Under the pieces are notes generated by a model that was not told the DNA's origin, searched no databases, and saw only the letters and a list, made by a program, of their open reading frames with translations. Both the position numbers and the translations under genes were made by a program. Source: Squalus acanthias (taxonomy: Eukaryota). From it: DNA of 64,000 nt. Below are positions 26,302 through 37,680 of this stretch, one piece after another. The stretch covers positions 102,178,001 to 102,242,000 of the forward strand of contig CM059431.1 in NCBI GenBank assembly GCA_030390025.1, written 5' to 3'. Numbering within the stretch: the stretch's first letter is position 1; the number at the start of each line of letters is the position of its first letter.

Positions 26302-27549
26302 CTAACATGTGATGACGCCATGTTCACTCACAGGACTGCCATCATCGGGGTCACTGAAGCTAATGGAACTGTCCTCCTCCAAATCCTCCTCTAACTGCAG
26401 ACTCCCAAAAGAAAACGTATTTCTAGGCATCGGTGAGGAACTTACGGCAATGGGGTTCCCGAACACTAGTGGGTGGCTGAACGAATGAATGGCCTCAGAA
26501 TCGGAATCGCTGGATTCGGACCCACTGCTGGTAGACCCATCTATCAGTTGGCCCCCACTCGGGCGGTCCACAAGGCCAGCCGGGAGTAGCCTACGGATTG
26601 GTGGACTTGACTTTGCCAACCCAGCAGGTGACGAGCTGTGACCCACCAACCTGCCTTCCGAGCGTAGCGCTCTGGGCGAGCAGAGCTTGGGTTGGCTGCC
26701 GGTCCTGCACTCATTCAGTGGAGTGGAAGCTACGCGACTGAGGATAAACGGATCGGTCTCCGATCTGTTTCGGGCGCCCGGCACCCTCTGCGGATGCGCT
26801 CGGCTGAAAGTAGGGGAATAGCTGTTGTAACCATGGTGGCTGTACGTATGGCTGCTTGTATCTTCTTGTCTATGCCTACAATGGCCATTCTGTATAATAA
26901 AGCCCTTGGATCCTGCTCTGTTAACACTGGCATTGGGACTGGATCCTTTACTACTCGGACGTATTGGCGTAGCCGAGAGGCTATGATGACTTTCTGAGCC
27001 TCGAAATACCTCATGAACCAAAGAGCTATGTCTGGGCATTTGAGGTGTCCTTCCAGTATAAAAGGACAAGTTGGCCAGCTCATCATCAGTTAACTCTTCT
27101 TTTATATGGAGTGGACTACCTGCGAATCTGAAATCAGGAGAATCCCTACGTCTAAGATGGGTCATGCTTTCATCAAAGTATTCACCACTGTTAAACTCAT
27201 CCTCATAATTGTCATTTGTTTGCGAATGTGACCTGATTATCCGCCCTCTGATTAAATCATGCTCGCTATCTATATCACTGCAGTCAATGTAAGGAATGGA
27301 AGAGCTGCTTCCACGAGCAGCTCGAGATGCTGGACCTGCATTCTGTTGCTCTCTTTGGGCTTTCGCCTGGTGAACCTTGTCCCTCACAGTTTCCTCCTGC
27401 CCGTCCCCTTTGGGGCTCCTCGCTGGTGAGCGGCTCTTGCGTTCAACCCCGTCTTCGTCAGTTGACCGGGAAACTCCCAGATCCTTCCTCTGGTTAGGGG
27501 ACGGCGGTCCTGTTGATGCTGCCTGCGCTCCGAAAGTAAAAACACTGCT
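26302..27549 (-). CDS. FARP1: Extended terminal form of the same exon (415 codons plus stop), giving a putative GEF-less FARP1 isoform with a Ser/Pro/acidic low-complexity tail ending GVITC*
   Basis: 1248-nt stop-free frame continuous with the spliced FERM frame; by far the longest non-TE ORF; no repeats inside. Confidence 0.7.
   Translation of the reverse strand, partial: SSVFTFGAQAASTGPPSPNQRKDLGVSRSTDEDGVERKSRSPARSPKGDGQEETVRDKVHQAKAQREQQNAGPASRAARGSSSSIPYIDCSDIDSEHDLIRGRIIRSHSQTNDNYEDEFNSGEYFDESMTHLRRRDSPDFRFAGSPLHIKEELTDDELANLSFYTGRTPQMPRHSSLVHEVFRGSESHHSLSATPIRPSSKGSSPNASVNRAGSKGFIIQNGHCRHRQEDTSSHTYSHHGYNSYSPTFSRAHPQRVPGARNRSETDPFILSRVASTPLNECRTGSQPKLCSPRALRSEGRLVGHSSSPAGLAKSSPPIRRLLPAGLVDRPSGGQLIDGSTSSGSESSDSDSEAIHSFSHPLVFGNPIAVSSSPMPRNTFSFGSLQLEEDLEEDSSISFSDPDDGSPVSEHGVITC
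27336..27549 (-). CDS. FARP1: FARP1 coding exon (approx. exon 13, canonical spliced form): SSVFTFGAQAASTGPPS...EETVRDKVHQAKAQREQQNAG
   Basis: tcttttcag| acceptor in phase 0. Resembles FARP1 STSLTFGEGAES...EEVVKDRTQQSKPQ. Weak phase-1 donor GCAG|gtccag at 27335. Confidence 0.75.
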
Positions 27550-28127
27550 CTGAAAAGACAAGAGACGTCTTGGAGATAAATCTTTTGTAAAATACTTCTG
27601 CTCAAATTATTTTGTTGCTTATTTTTTTTTTTAAATAAACCCCCTCAGCAATTCCCCCCCCCCCCTCTTTTGAAGACATTGATTGCTTGCTAGAGAACTG
27701 TTCCATGGATGCCAAGTACTCTCCAGTACCTCCATCAAATAGCCACTATTCACGAGTGAGTCTTGACATTGAGGCTCTTCAAGCCTGGGAGAAGCATCAA
27801 TGCTGGCTTCGCACAACATCTACACATGCGGCTCCCGACGGGATAATGATCAGGAGCGGGAACCGTGGACGATTCCACCCCCCCCTCCCCGCTCCCTAAT
27901 CCAGGGTCAAGGAGGTCAAGTGTCATGCTCATGTTGCTGCCAAGGTCAGGTAACTCAACACAGACCAAGGGTCAAACCTTGGACCTTCCCACTCTCTCTG
28001 CTCAGCTAATTTCTCACTTGGCTTCTGCAAAGTTGGAAACAAACAACAGAAGTGTACTGAGAAAAAGAATTGAACTCAACATTTTTGCAAGACACAGTAA
28101 CAGGTTAATTTAGAGCTGGAATATAAA

Positions 28128-28448
28128 GGACTTGCATTTCTACAGCGCCTTTCACAACCTCAGGACATCCCAAAGCGCTTTACAGCCAATGAAGTACTTT
28201 TTGAAGTCCAGTCGCTATTGTAATGTAGGAAACGCGGCAGCCAATTTGTGCACAGCAAGATCCCACAACCAGCAATGAAATAATGACCAGATGGTCTGTT
28301 TTAGGTGATGAGGGTTCAGGGATAAATATTGGCCCCAGGACACCGGGGAGAACTCCCCTGCTCTTCTTCGAAATAGTCCCATGGGATCTTTCACGTCTAC
28401 CCAAGGGGGGCAGACGGGGCCTCGGGTTTAACGTCTCACCCGAAAGAT
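28128..28448 (-). mobile_element. Deu-SINE, 5'-truncated
   Basis: Reverse complement of the 3' part of 2901-3370. Confidence 0.8.
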
Positions 28449-28636
28449 GGACATGGTTCCAAGCATCTCTCTATTTCATCACTCTTAAACGTTCAATATC
28501 CAGAGTATATTCCAAAACCAGCAATGGGATATCAGACAAAGGGCAGCAATCAAGAGTCAGCTATGTTCAGCTTCATCAATGGAAATATTCACCAAATCTC
28601 ACTCGTGGCCACCAATTATATTGCAAAATTTAAATA

Positions 28637-28943
28637 CAGGTTGAGCGTCCAAAATCCGCAGTTCCAGAATCCGGAATGTTCCGGAATCCGGGACGATTGG
28701 TGGCAGGGTCGTCCGGAATCCGTAAAATGTTCCGGAATCCGGACACCCTGTCAAACCGCAGCCTGGGCCCAGGCATTTCCGGACTCGGAATGTGTTTCTG
28801 ATGTCCGAAGTCTGGAAACGTCCGAGCCCAGGTTGCAATATTTCCGGACTTCGGACATCAGAAACACGTTCCGAAGTCCGGAAAAACACGAAAACCGGCT
28901 CGGCCTCGGTCCCGAGGTTGTCAGATTCAGGACGCTCAACCTG
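28637..28943. mobile_element. Tc1/mariner (Tigger-like) MITE
   Basis: Perfect 14-bp TIR caggttgagcgtcc/ggacgctcaacctg flanked by TA TSDs; repeated internal tccgga/ttcgga motifs. Confidence 0.88.
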
Positions 28944-29139
28944 TATATGCAAAACCAGTTTGTTTTTATGACTTTGCAATGACAGAGATATACAAAGATC
29001 TCAAAACTGCTCAGATACATGTGGTGGGGATTTTGATTTTGACTTGGATACATTCCATCTCAGCAGCAGATTATCTTTGAAAAAGCTATCTAATTAGTCC
29101 CACTCCCTGCTCTTTCTCCATCACCCTCCAAATGATTCT

Positions 29140-29865
29140 TTCTGGCCACTGTCTGAGGCTGAACCGGACAGTTCACAGACCCGTCATCCTATTTGACCCT
29201 GAACTCTGCTTCTGTGCCCACACACACTCCATCACCAAGACCGCCTACTTCAACCTCCGTAACATCGCCCGTCTCCGCCCCTGCCTCAGCTCATCTGCTG
29301 CTGAAACCCTCACCCATGCCTTTGTTACTTCCGGACTCGACTATTCCAACGCTCTCCTGGCCGGCCTTCCACCTTCCACCCTCTGTAAACTTGAGCTCAT
29401 CCAAAACTCTGCTGCCCCGTGTCCTAACTCGCACCAAGTCCCGTTCACCCATCACCCCCTGTGCTCGCCGACCTACATTGGATCCCGATCCGGCCACACC
29501 TCGATTTTAAAACGCTCACCCTTGTTTTCAAATCCCTCCGTGGCTTCGCCCCTTCCTATCGCTGTAACCTCCCGAGATCTCTGCGTTCCTCTAATTCTGT
29601 CCTCTTGCACATCCCTGACTTTAATCGCTCCACCATTGGCAGCCGTGCTTTCAGCTGCCTGGGCCCTGAGCTCTGGAATTCCCTCCCTAAACCTCTCCGC
29701 CTCTCTATCCTCCTTCAAGACGCTCATAAAAACCCACCTCTTTGACCTGTCCTAATATCTCCTTATGTGGCTCAGTGTCAAATTTTGTCGAACAGCAACT
29801 CCTGTGAAGCACCTTGGGATGTTTTTACTACGTTAAAGGCGCTATAGAAATGCATGTTGTTGTTG
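29140..29865 (+). mobile_element. L2 LINE 3' fragment
   Basis: TKTAYFNLRNIARLRPCLSSSAAETLTHAFVTSGLDYSNALLAG; (ttg)n tail. Confidence 0.9.
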
Positions 29866-31142
29866 TCCTCAATTGACATTCTCACTTTAAGGGTCACTTG
29901 ACCAGCGATGTGGAGCTGGCTGAGCTTTCCCCCCCCCCCTCGCTAGCCCATTATTGCTAAGGCCAGCCGTAGTACTCCATCTGAGGTCAGCCATCTCAGC
30001 GCATGTCAGGGACTGAACCGCGAACCTGCTGCATGGCTCAGTTCCGCACAGGTCCGTGAATTTACCAAATAAAACACCCCAGAGGCGCTACCAGAAACCG
30101 TGAATCATAGAATCGTACAGCACAGAAGGAGACCATTCGGCCCATCGTGCCTGTTTCCGGCCCTTTGTTAGAGCTCTCCAATTAATTCCCCTCCTCATCC
30201 AAATACTGTCAAACAATGAAAGAACTTTGATATTATCAAATATTTTAAAACATCTTGTGTACAAGTCCCACCTGCGATTTTATATTGTTTACATATAATG
30301 GTGAAACTCAGAGGTTACAGTGCAAGAGGCGGCCATTCGGCCCATCACCCCTGTGCCGGCTCTTTGAAAATGGGCTCGGAAAGGTAATAAAAATGAAGGC
30401 TTAATCAGAGAATGATACAGCACAGGAGGCCGCCATTCGGCCCCTCGTGCCTGTGCCGGCTCTTTGAAAGAGCTCTCCAATTAGTCCCACTCCCCCCTGC
30501 TCTTTGCCCGCAGCCCTGTAAATTTTTCCTTTTAAAGTATTTATCCAATTGCTTTTTGAAAGTTACTATTGAATCTGCTTCCACCGCCCTTTCAGGCAGC
30601 GCATTCCGGATCACAACAAATCACTGCGTAAAAACATTCTCATTTCCCCTCTGGTTCTTTTGCCAATTACCTTAAATCTGTGTCCAACTCTCCTATCAGT
30701 AAACAGAATAACATAAGAAATAGGTATATTGATACAGATTGTGAATAGCTGAGGCCCACACACTGACCCTTGCGGCACTCCACTAGTTACACCCGGCCCT
30801 CCCGAAAATGATCCATTTATTTTTACTCTCTGTTTTCTGTCCGTTAACCAATCTGCAATCCATGCTAATATATTACCCTCCAGTCCCCACAGAGAAACAA
30901 GTGTCTCCTTATTTACTCTATCAAAACCCTTCTATTCACAGGACATTCTTGCGATCAGACTGCGCCTTATAAACGAGATTGTTATGGTAATTGTGTCAGG
31001 ACTGATCTCCCCCCCCACCCCATAACCACGGTAAATTGCTCCCTTTATATCATTAACAATCAAGTGACTCAATAGAAATGACAAACAGGACTTGTCTGTA
31101 ATAAATCTCTTCTCGAGACAACATTGTTCCTGATTTACTGAC

Positions 31143-31206
31143 TTGTTTTGGCACCAGTGACTGATGTTCGGGCAAACTTCGGATGGATCGCATTTTACTA
31201 TGTTTC
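31143..31206 (-). CDS. FARP1: FARP1 coding exon (approx. exon 12): KHSKMRSIRSLPEHQSLVPKQ
   Basis: attttcag| acceptor, |gtcagt donor, 64 nt, restores phase 0; resembles FARP1 RKHSKIHSIRSL. Confidence 0.85.
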
Positions 31207-31364
31207 CTGAAAATAAAATATAAAATAAATGAGTGATCTGAACAGTGAACTATTTTCCACACACACCTCCCCGCCCCAGAAAACAATACTAGTGACAGGA
31301 AGCGGCCTCTCTGCTTGCACTGAACGTGTAAACGAGCGCGCAGAGAACAGGTTAACAGGGTCGA

Positions 31365-31790
31365 TTAGGCTTATATTCGCTAGAGTTTAGAAGAATGAGA
31401 GGGGATCTCATTGAAACTTATAAAATTCTAACAGGACTAGACAGACTAGATGCAGGAAGGCTGTTCCCGATGGCGGGGGAGTCCAGAACCAGGGGTCACA
31501 GTCTAAGGATAAGGGGTAAGCCATTTAGGACTGAGATGAGGAGGAATTTCTTCACCCAGAGAGTGGTGAACCTGTGGAATTCTCTATCACAGAAGGCCGT
31601 TGAGGCCAATTCATTAAATATATTCAAAAAGGAGTTAGATATATTTCTTAAGGCTAAGGGGATCAAGAGATATGGGGAGAAAGCAGGGACAGGGTACTGA
31701 ATTTGGATGATCAGCCATGATCGCATTGAATGGCGGAGCAGGCTCGAGGGGCCGAATGGCCTACTCCTGCTCCTATCTTCTATGTTTCTA
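31365..31790 (+). mobile_element. CR1 LINE 3' end
   Basis: MRGDLIETYKILTGLDRLDAGRLFPMAGESRTRGH; ttctatgtttctat tail. Confidence 0.9.
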
Positions 31791-32709
31791 TAACTTCACT
31801 GCAAACAGCCAGCAGCACAAATCGTCCCTCCATGCGACACATTCTCAGTCCAGGCAGGCCATCTGAGTCCGCGTGCTGATTGTTCCCCACAATGTTGTCA
31901 ACGAGAGCAAGAGAAAGCCATTAAAACAAGCAACGCTGGCACAAACCAGGAAGCAGGAGGAGGGAGGGGCAAAAGGAAAAAATAAAATAAAAAGAGAAGG
32001 GAGGAAAGAAAAAGAGATGGATACAATTTTTGTAGTGCCGTAGCGCCGTAGAATTGGCTTTATTCTCACAGTGTTTTCACATAAGAAATAGGAGCAGCAG
32101 TCGGCCATACGGCCCCTCGAGCCTGCTCCGCCATTCAATGAGATCATGGCTGATCTTCGACCTCAACTCCACTTTCCCGCCCGATCCCCATATCCCTTGA
32201 TTCCCCTAGAGTCCAAAAATCTATCGATCTCAGTCTTGAATATACTCAAAGACCACAGCCCTCTGGGGTAGAGAATTCCAAAGATTCACCACGCTGAGGT
32301 AGGTTGGGAGGCAGAACTCACGCGAGAATACTCCGATACACCCACACAGTGTCGTCCACTGACCGCTACACCGCCGGTCTGAACTGTCTTCAAATGTATC
32401 ATTAGCTGTTTTCAATCAATCAATAAAATGTTAATGGTTTGCTTTTAATTCTCAAAGCTTGCCCTTGATTGGGTAGGCTTTGTGCTACCTGGGTTTAGAC
32501 TACAGCCAATGACCACCTTCAACAGTGACAGACCACCGTTCAACTCCAGTCACCACTACACACTTATTTGTAACCCTATTGCACTTCTGCACAAAAAAGG
32601 GATGCTGCACTGATGTCAAACTGCAGCAAAACCGGTGTAACACAGGAAAAAAATCAGTAAACACTCAACAGGTCAGGCAGCATCTGTGGAGTGACGAACA
32701 ATTTGCATT

Positions 32710-33230
32710 AGATATACTTGCCTTGGAGGCGGTGCAACGAAGGTTCACTAGATTGATTCCTTTGATGAGAGGGCTGTCCTATGATGAGAGATTGTGTAGA
32801 CTGGGCCGATACTCTCTGGAGTTTAGAAGAATGAGAGGTGATCTCATTGAAACATACAAGATTCTGAGGGGGATTGACAGGGTAGATGCTGAGAGGTTGT
32901 TTCCCCCTGGCTGGAGTGTCTAGAACTAGGGGGCATAGTCTCAGGATAAGGGGTCGGCCATTTAAGACCGAGTTGAGGAGGAATTCCTTCACTCAGAGGG
33001 TTGTGAATCTTTGGAATTCTCTACCCCAGAGAGCTGTGAAGGCTCAGTCGTTGAGTATATTCAAGACAGAGATCGATAGATTTTTGGACTCTAGGGGAAT
33101 CGAGGGATATGGGGATCGGGTGGGAAAGTGGAGTTGAGGTCGAAGATCAGCCATGATCTTATTGAATGGCGGAGCAGGCTCGAGGGGCCGTATGGCCGAC
33201 TCCTGCTCCTGATTCTTATGTTATTATGTT
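32710..33230 (+). mobile_element. CR1 LINE 3' fragment (inverted relative to the CR1 end at 32080-32292)
   Basis: DILALEAVQRRFTRLIP...; 3'UTR. Confidence 0.88.
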
Positions 33231-33809
33231 CATTTATATAGCACCTTCAACGTAGTAAAATGTCCCAAGGTGCTTCACAGGAGCGATTATCAGACAAAAT
33301 TTGACACTGAGCCACATAAGGAGATATTAGGACAGGTGACCAAAAGCCTGGTCAAAGAGGTCGGTTTTAAGGAGCGTCTTAAAGGCGGAGAGAGAGGCGA
33401 CGAGGTTGAGGAAGGGGATTCCAGAGCTTAGGGCCCAGGCTGCTGAAGGCACGGCCGCCAATGGTGGGATGAAGGGATTGGGGGGGAGGCCAGAATTGGA
33501 GGCGCGCAAAGTTCTCGAAGGCCTGGAGGAAGTCAAGGAAGGGGGCGAGCCGACGTTTCAGATTTAGCTGCGCCGACAGCTCATCGACCTGAAACGTTTA
33601 ACTCTCTGTTTCTCTTTCTCTCTCCGCAGATGCTGCCTGACCCGCCGAGAGTTTCTGGTTTATGTTGCACGTTTCCAGCATCGGCAGTATCTTGCTTTCA
33701 GTGACATCGGAAAACTAGTTTTAATGACCTTTTCCTGGTTTTTTTCCCTGGGTAGGGCACACAGTGAGAGGGGCAATGGGAGAACAAGTACGAAAAGAAG
33801 CACATTCAC

Positions 33810-33878
33810 CTTTCGAACTGTATTTTTTTGTATCCTCCTTCTTTAACATAATCCAGCAGTTGCTTCTGAGTCCTCCCA
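33810..33878 (-). CDS. FARP1: FARP1 coding exon (approx. exon 11): GRTQKQLLDYVKEGGYKKIQFER
   Basis: tgttgtag| acceptor, |gtgaat donor, 69 nt; FA domain SGRTQ...FER. Confidence 0.93.
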
Positions 33879-34873
33879 CTACAACAGAAAAAGAAAAGTT
33901 ATTTATAAGATTGCATCTCCTGCAAGGCTACAGGAATGTGTGGCTGTTTTTTTGTTGCAAGTCTGCTGGTCTTGTGAGAGAGTTGCTCTGAATTTGCAAC
34001 TGTCCCAGGCATCACTGGGCAGGGGAGGGGGACTAGCGGAGAGCCGGCACGGGCTCGACTGGCCGAATGGCCTTCTTCCGCGCTGTAACCATTCTATGAT
34101 AATCGGCACCAGTTTCAGTTCCCCAAGTGGAGAATCGCACAGTGCAGGAGGAGGACATTCGGCCCTTCGTGCCTGTGCCGGCTCTTTGAAAGAGCTGTCC
34201 AATTAGTCCCACTCCCCCCCTGCTCTTTCCCCAGAGCCCTGCAAAACTTTTTCCCTTTCAAATATTTATCCAATTCCCTTTTGAAAGTTTTTATTGAATC
34301 TGCTTCCACCACCCTTTCAGGCAGCGCGTTCCAGATCACAACAACTTGCGATGTAAAGAAATTTCTCCTCATCTCCCCCCTGGTTATTTTGCCAATTTCC
34401 TTAAACTTGTGTCCTTTGGTTACTGACTCTCCTGCCAGTTTCTCCTTATTTACTCTATTAAAAATCCTTCACGATTTTGAACACCTCTATTTAATCTCCC
34501 CTTAACCTTCGCTGCTCTAAGGAGAACAATCCCAGCGTCTCCGGTCTCTCCTTGGCACTTCCCTGACAGGGAGGTGAGGAGAAAGCAACAGGGAGAGTTC
34601 CCTTCTGGCTTGTGCCCAGTTTCAGAGCAGTACTGGGAGAGGCTGGTGTAAGCCACTCAAAGTCTTCCTTTCGGGGGTGGGGGGGTGGGAGTGTGTGTGA
34701 CACAGGGTTAGAGAGGGGGAAAAGACAGCTGGAAAAATAACAGGACCGCTCTTGCAATGAAAAAAAAATCAGTTTATAAGAATGAACGCTTGTTTGTGCA
34801 TCATCTGCGCTGGTAAGAATGTACAAGCGTGGATTTAACTTCCAACACCCGGAGCAAGGTACAACGTTATTAC

Positions 34874-35034
34874 CTGAACCTGAATGAAGAGCCGCGGCTG
34901 AAAAGAATGGGCTTGGGTTTTGGTTTGGGTTCTTCGAAGAGTCGGAAGAAGGCGTGATATTCAACGCATATCTTCCAGAAGGCCTTGCAGGAATCGCGGC
35001 TAGCCATGGAAAACTCCAAGGTATCCTGGCAGGA
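34874..35034 (-). CDS. FARP1: FARP1 coding exon (approx. exon 10): [54 protein letters not shown]
   Basis: gttgcag| acceptor, |gtaata donor, 161 nt; end of FERM C-lobe and start of FERM-adjacent (FA) domain. Confidence 0.94.
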
Positions 35035-35138
35035 CTGCAACAGACAGACAGAGACACACACGTCATCGCACACACCGCAGAAGAGGCAGCGGCCAGAAAG
35101 CGGCTTCAAGGGGCCTTTCGGAGAGGGCGCACACTTAC

Positions 35139-35234
35139 GTTCATCTCGGGACGGAATTTAATAAGGAATCGTTTCCTCTTAAAACTCAGCTTGCGAACCT
35201 TGGCCCAGTTGAACGAGTTGATCTTGTTGTTACC
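35139..35234 (-). CDS. FARP1: FARP1 coding exon (approx. exon 9): [32 protein letters not shown]
   Basis: gacgcag| acceptor, |gtaagt donor, 96 nt; FERM C-lobe [14 protein letters not shown]. Confidence 0.94.
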
Positions 35235-35245
35235 CTGCGTCAAAG

Positions 35246-35880
35246 AAAACAAAACAAGCACTAGGGTTTATTTCTAGAGGGATAGAATTGAAAAGTAGTG
35301 AAGTTGTGTCGAACCTTGGTTAGACCACACTTGGAGTACTGCGTACAGTTCCGGTCGCCATATTATAAAAAGGATATAGAGGCACTGGAGAGGGTGCAGA
35401 GAAGATTTACAAGGATGATACCAGAAATGCGAAGGTATACATATCAGGAAAGGGTGAACAGGCTGGGTCTCTTTTCTCTTGAAAAGAGAAGGCTGAGGGG
35501 TGATCTAATAGAGGTCTTTAAAATTATGAAAGGTTTTGATAAGAGTGGATACAGAGAGAGTGTTTCCACTTGTGGGGAAGAGCATAACTAGAGGCCATCA
35601 ATATAAGATAGTCACCAAGAAATCCAATAGGGAATTCAGGAGAAACTTCTTTACCCAGAGAGTGGTGAGAATGTGGAACTCGCTACCACAGGGAGTGGTT
35701 GAGGCGAATAGTATAGATGCATTTAAGGGGAGGCTAGACAAGCATATGAGGGAGAAGGGAATAGAGGGTTATGCTGATAGAGTTAGATGAGGAGGCTCAA
35801 GTGGAGCATAAACACCGGCATGGACTGGTTGGGCCGAATGGCCTGTTTCTGTGCCGTATATCCGATGTAATCCTATGTAA
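35246..35880 (+). mobile_element. CR1 LINE 3' fragment abutting the exon-9 acceptor
   Basis: RTLVRPHLEYCVQFRSPYYKKDIEALERVQRRFTRMIPEM; tail gtaatcctatgtaa. Confidence 0.9.
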
Positions 35881-35991
35881 AACACGAGGGTGTCAGTTTA
35901 ACTCCAAGTAGGACAAGTCAGTAGCCTGAGCCGTGTTCTGTAAGCGCAGTGAAGTGGCTCCTTGGATGCCTGCCACGTTCGGCGATCTTAC

Positions 35992-36139
35992 CTGGAACAC
36001 GATGATCCCGGTGTGCGACACAGACAGGTTGATCTTCGTCCCCTCTCTGTCTTTCGCGCGATGTTGCCGGATTCCATACATTTCTAATCTCCTGGCGATC
36101 TCGAGGAGTTGGTAGTCAGAAGCGGCGGGCGTGTGTCCT
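35992..36139 (-). CDS. FARP1: FARP1 coding exon (approx. exon 8): GHTPAASDYQLLEIARRLEMYGIRQHRAKDREGTKINLSVSHTGIIVFQ
   Basis: ccccaaaag| acceptor, |gtaaga donor, 148 nt; LEMYG FERM motif. Confidence 0.94.
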
Positions 36140-36149
36140 CTTTTGGGGA

Positions 36150-36315
36150 AAAAAGTGAGAAGTCGCACAACACCAGGTTATAGTCCAACAGTTTTATTTG
36201 AAATCACAAGCTTTCGGAGCTGCTGCCCCTTCGTCAGGTGAAGTGAAGGAATACGAATCGACAAAGCATATATAGACAGAGAACAATGCATGTGTAGCGT
36301 ACAATCTCAGACGAC
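36150..36315 (-). mobile_element. Penelope-like element terminal-repeat fragment containing a minimal hammerhead motif
   Basis: Near-identical to 62771-62925, which is linked to a PLE endonuclease C-terminus; flanked by an 8-bp direct repeat tttgggga (36142-36149 and 36316-36323). Confidence 0.8.
36204..36242 (-). ncRNA. Minimal type-I hammerhead ribozyme motif (PLE type)
   Basis: Minus strand ttcac-CTGACGA-a-ggggc(agca)gctcc-GAAA-gc-tt-gtga: stem I tcac/gtga, 5-bp stem II, palindromic AAGCTT stem III. Confidence 0.7.
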
Positions 36316-36844
36316 TTTGGGGAGAGAGGGAAAAAAAGGACACAATTTCAGAACATGATATATATATTTTTTTAAATCTCTGCCAATTTCCATTCTCCCT
36401 GTGCATTTCCTGTCCCCCCGCCACATTCTCCTGCTGCTCCTGGCTTCAGCAGAATTGCTCCCCGATTTCCGGCAATACCATGCAAAGACTGTCCACCAGG
36501 GGGTGCATGACATCACCGCACGGTAACCGGCCTCACCAACTCCCAACTCCCCGTCCCATTGGGCCAGAATTTGGCGCCAGAATAAGGGCAAAGACTCTGA
36601 GGAACGAGCTTAAAAAGGTCGTGCATATGTGGGCGTAAATGTAGTTTAACCCTTCACCTCCCCCTGCGCTCGCTGTGGCCTCCTCCTCCTCTTCAAATCC
36701 CTCCATGGCCTCGACCCCCTCCCATACCTCGTCCAGCCCTACAACACTCCGAGATCTCAGCGCTCCTCCAATTCCGGCCTCTTGCGCATCGGATGGAACA
36801 ATGATTTGTGGCAGAGGTTTCGCCATTGGAAGTTGGGAGTATTT

Positions 36845-37680
36845 CATCGGATTACATAAGATATACGGCACATAAACAGGCCATTCGGCCCAACCAGTCC
36901 ATGCCGGCGTTTATGCTCCACTCGAGCCTCCTCCCGTCTTTCCTCATCTAACTCTATCAGCATAACCCTCTATTCCCTTCTCCCTCATATGCTTGTCCAG
37001 CCTCCCCTTAAATGCATCTATACTATTCGCCTCAACCACTCCCTGTGGTAGCGAGTTCCACATTCTCACCACTCTCTGGGTAAAGAAGTTTCTTCTGAAT
37101 TCCCTATTGGATTTCTTGGTGACTATCTTATATTGATGGCCTCTAGTTATGCTCTTCCCCACAAGTGGAAACATTCTCTCTGTATCCACTCTATCAAAAC
37201 CTTTCATAATTTTAAAGACCTCTATTAGGTCACCCCTCAGCCTTCTTTTTTCAAGAGAAAAGAGACCCAGCCTGTTCATCCTTTCCTGATAGGTATACCC
37301 TCGCATTTCTGGTATCATCCTTGTAAATCTTCTCTGCACCCTCTCCAGTGCCTCTATATCCTTTTTATAATATGGCGACTAGAATTGTACGCAGTACTCC
37401 AAGTGTGGTCTAACCAAGGTTCGATACAGGTTTAGCTTAACTTCCCTACTTTTCAATTCTATCCCTCTAGAAATAAACCCTAGTGCTTGGTTTGCTTTTT
37501 TTTAATGGCCTTGCTAACCTGTGTCGCAACATTTAAAATGATTTGTGTATTTGTACTCCTAGACCCCTTTGCTCTTCTACCCCACCTAGACTCGCACCCT
37601 CCAAGTGATAAGTGACCTCCCTATTCTTCCTACCAAAATGTAATACCTCACAGTTATCTGTGTTGAACTTCATTTGCCAA
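36845..37680 (-). mobile_element. CR1 LINE 3' fragment, same subfamily as 35246-35880, in inverted orientation
   Basis: QRRFTRMIPEMRGYTYQERMNRLGLFSLEKRRLRGDLIEVFKIMKGFDRVD. Confidence 0.92.

Noticed and set aside
27550..27570. TTG start of the 419-aa ORF, and an upstream AG at 27570-27569
   Set aside because: The TTG lies in the acceptor tract. The upstream AG adds 19 nt and breaks the frame, so the acceptor before 27549 is preferred.
33550..33700. Third hammerhead in a second PLE-like terminal repeat (…gacctgaaacgtt…)
   Set aside because: The CUGANGA core is not intact in this copy; at most a decayed relic.
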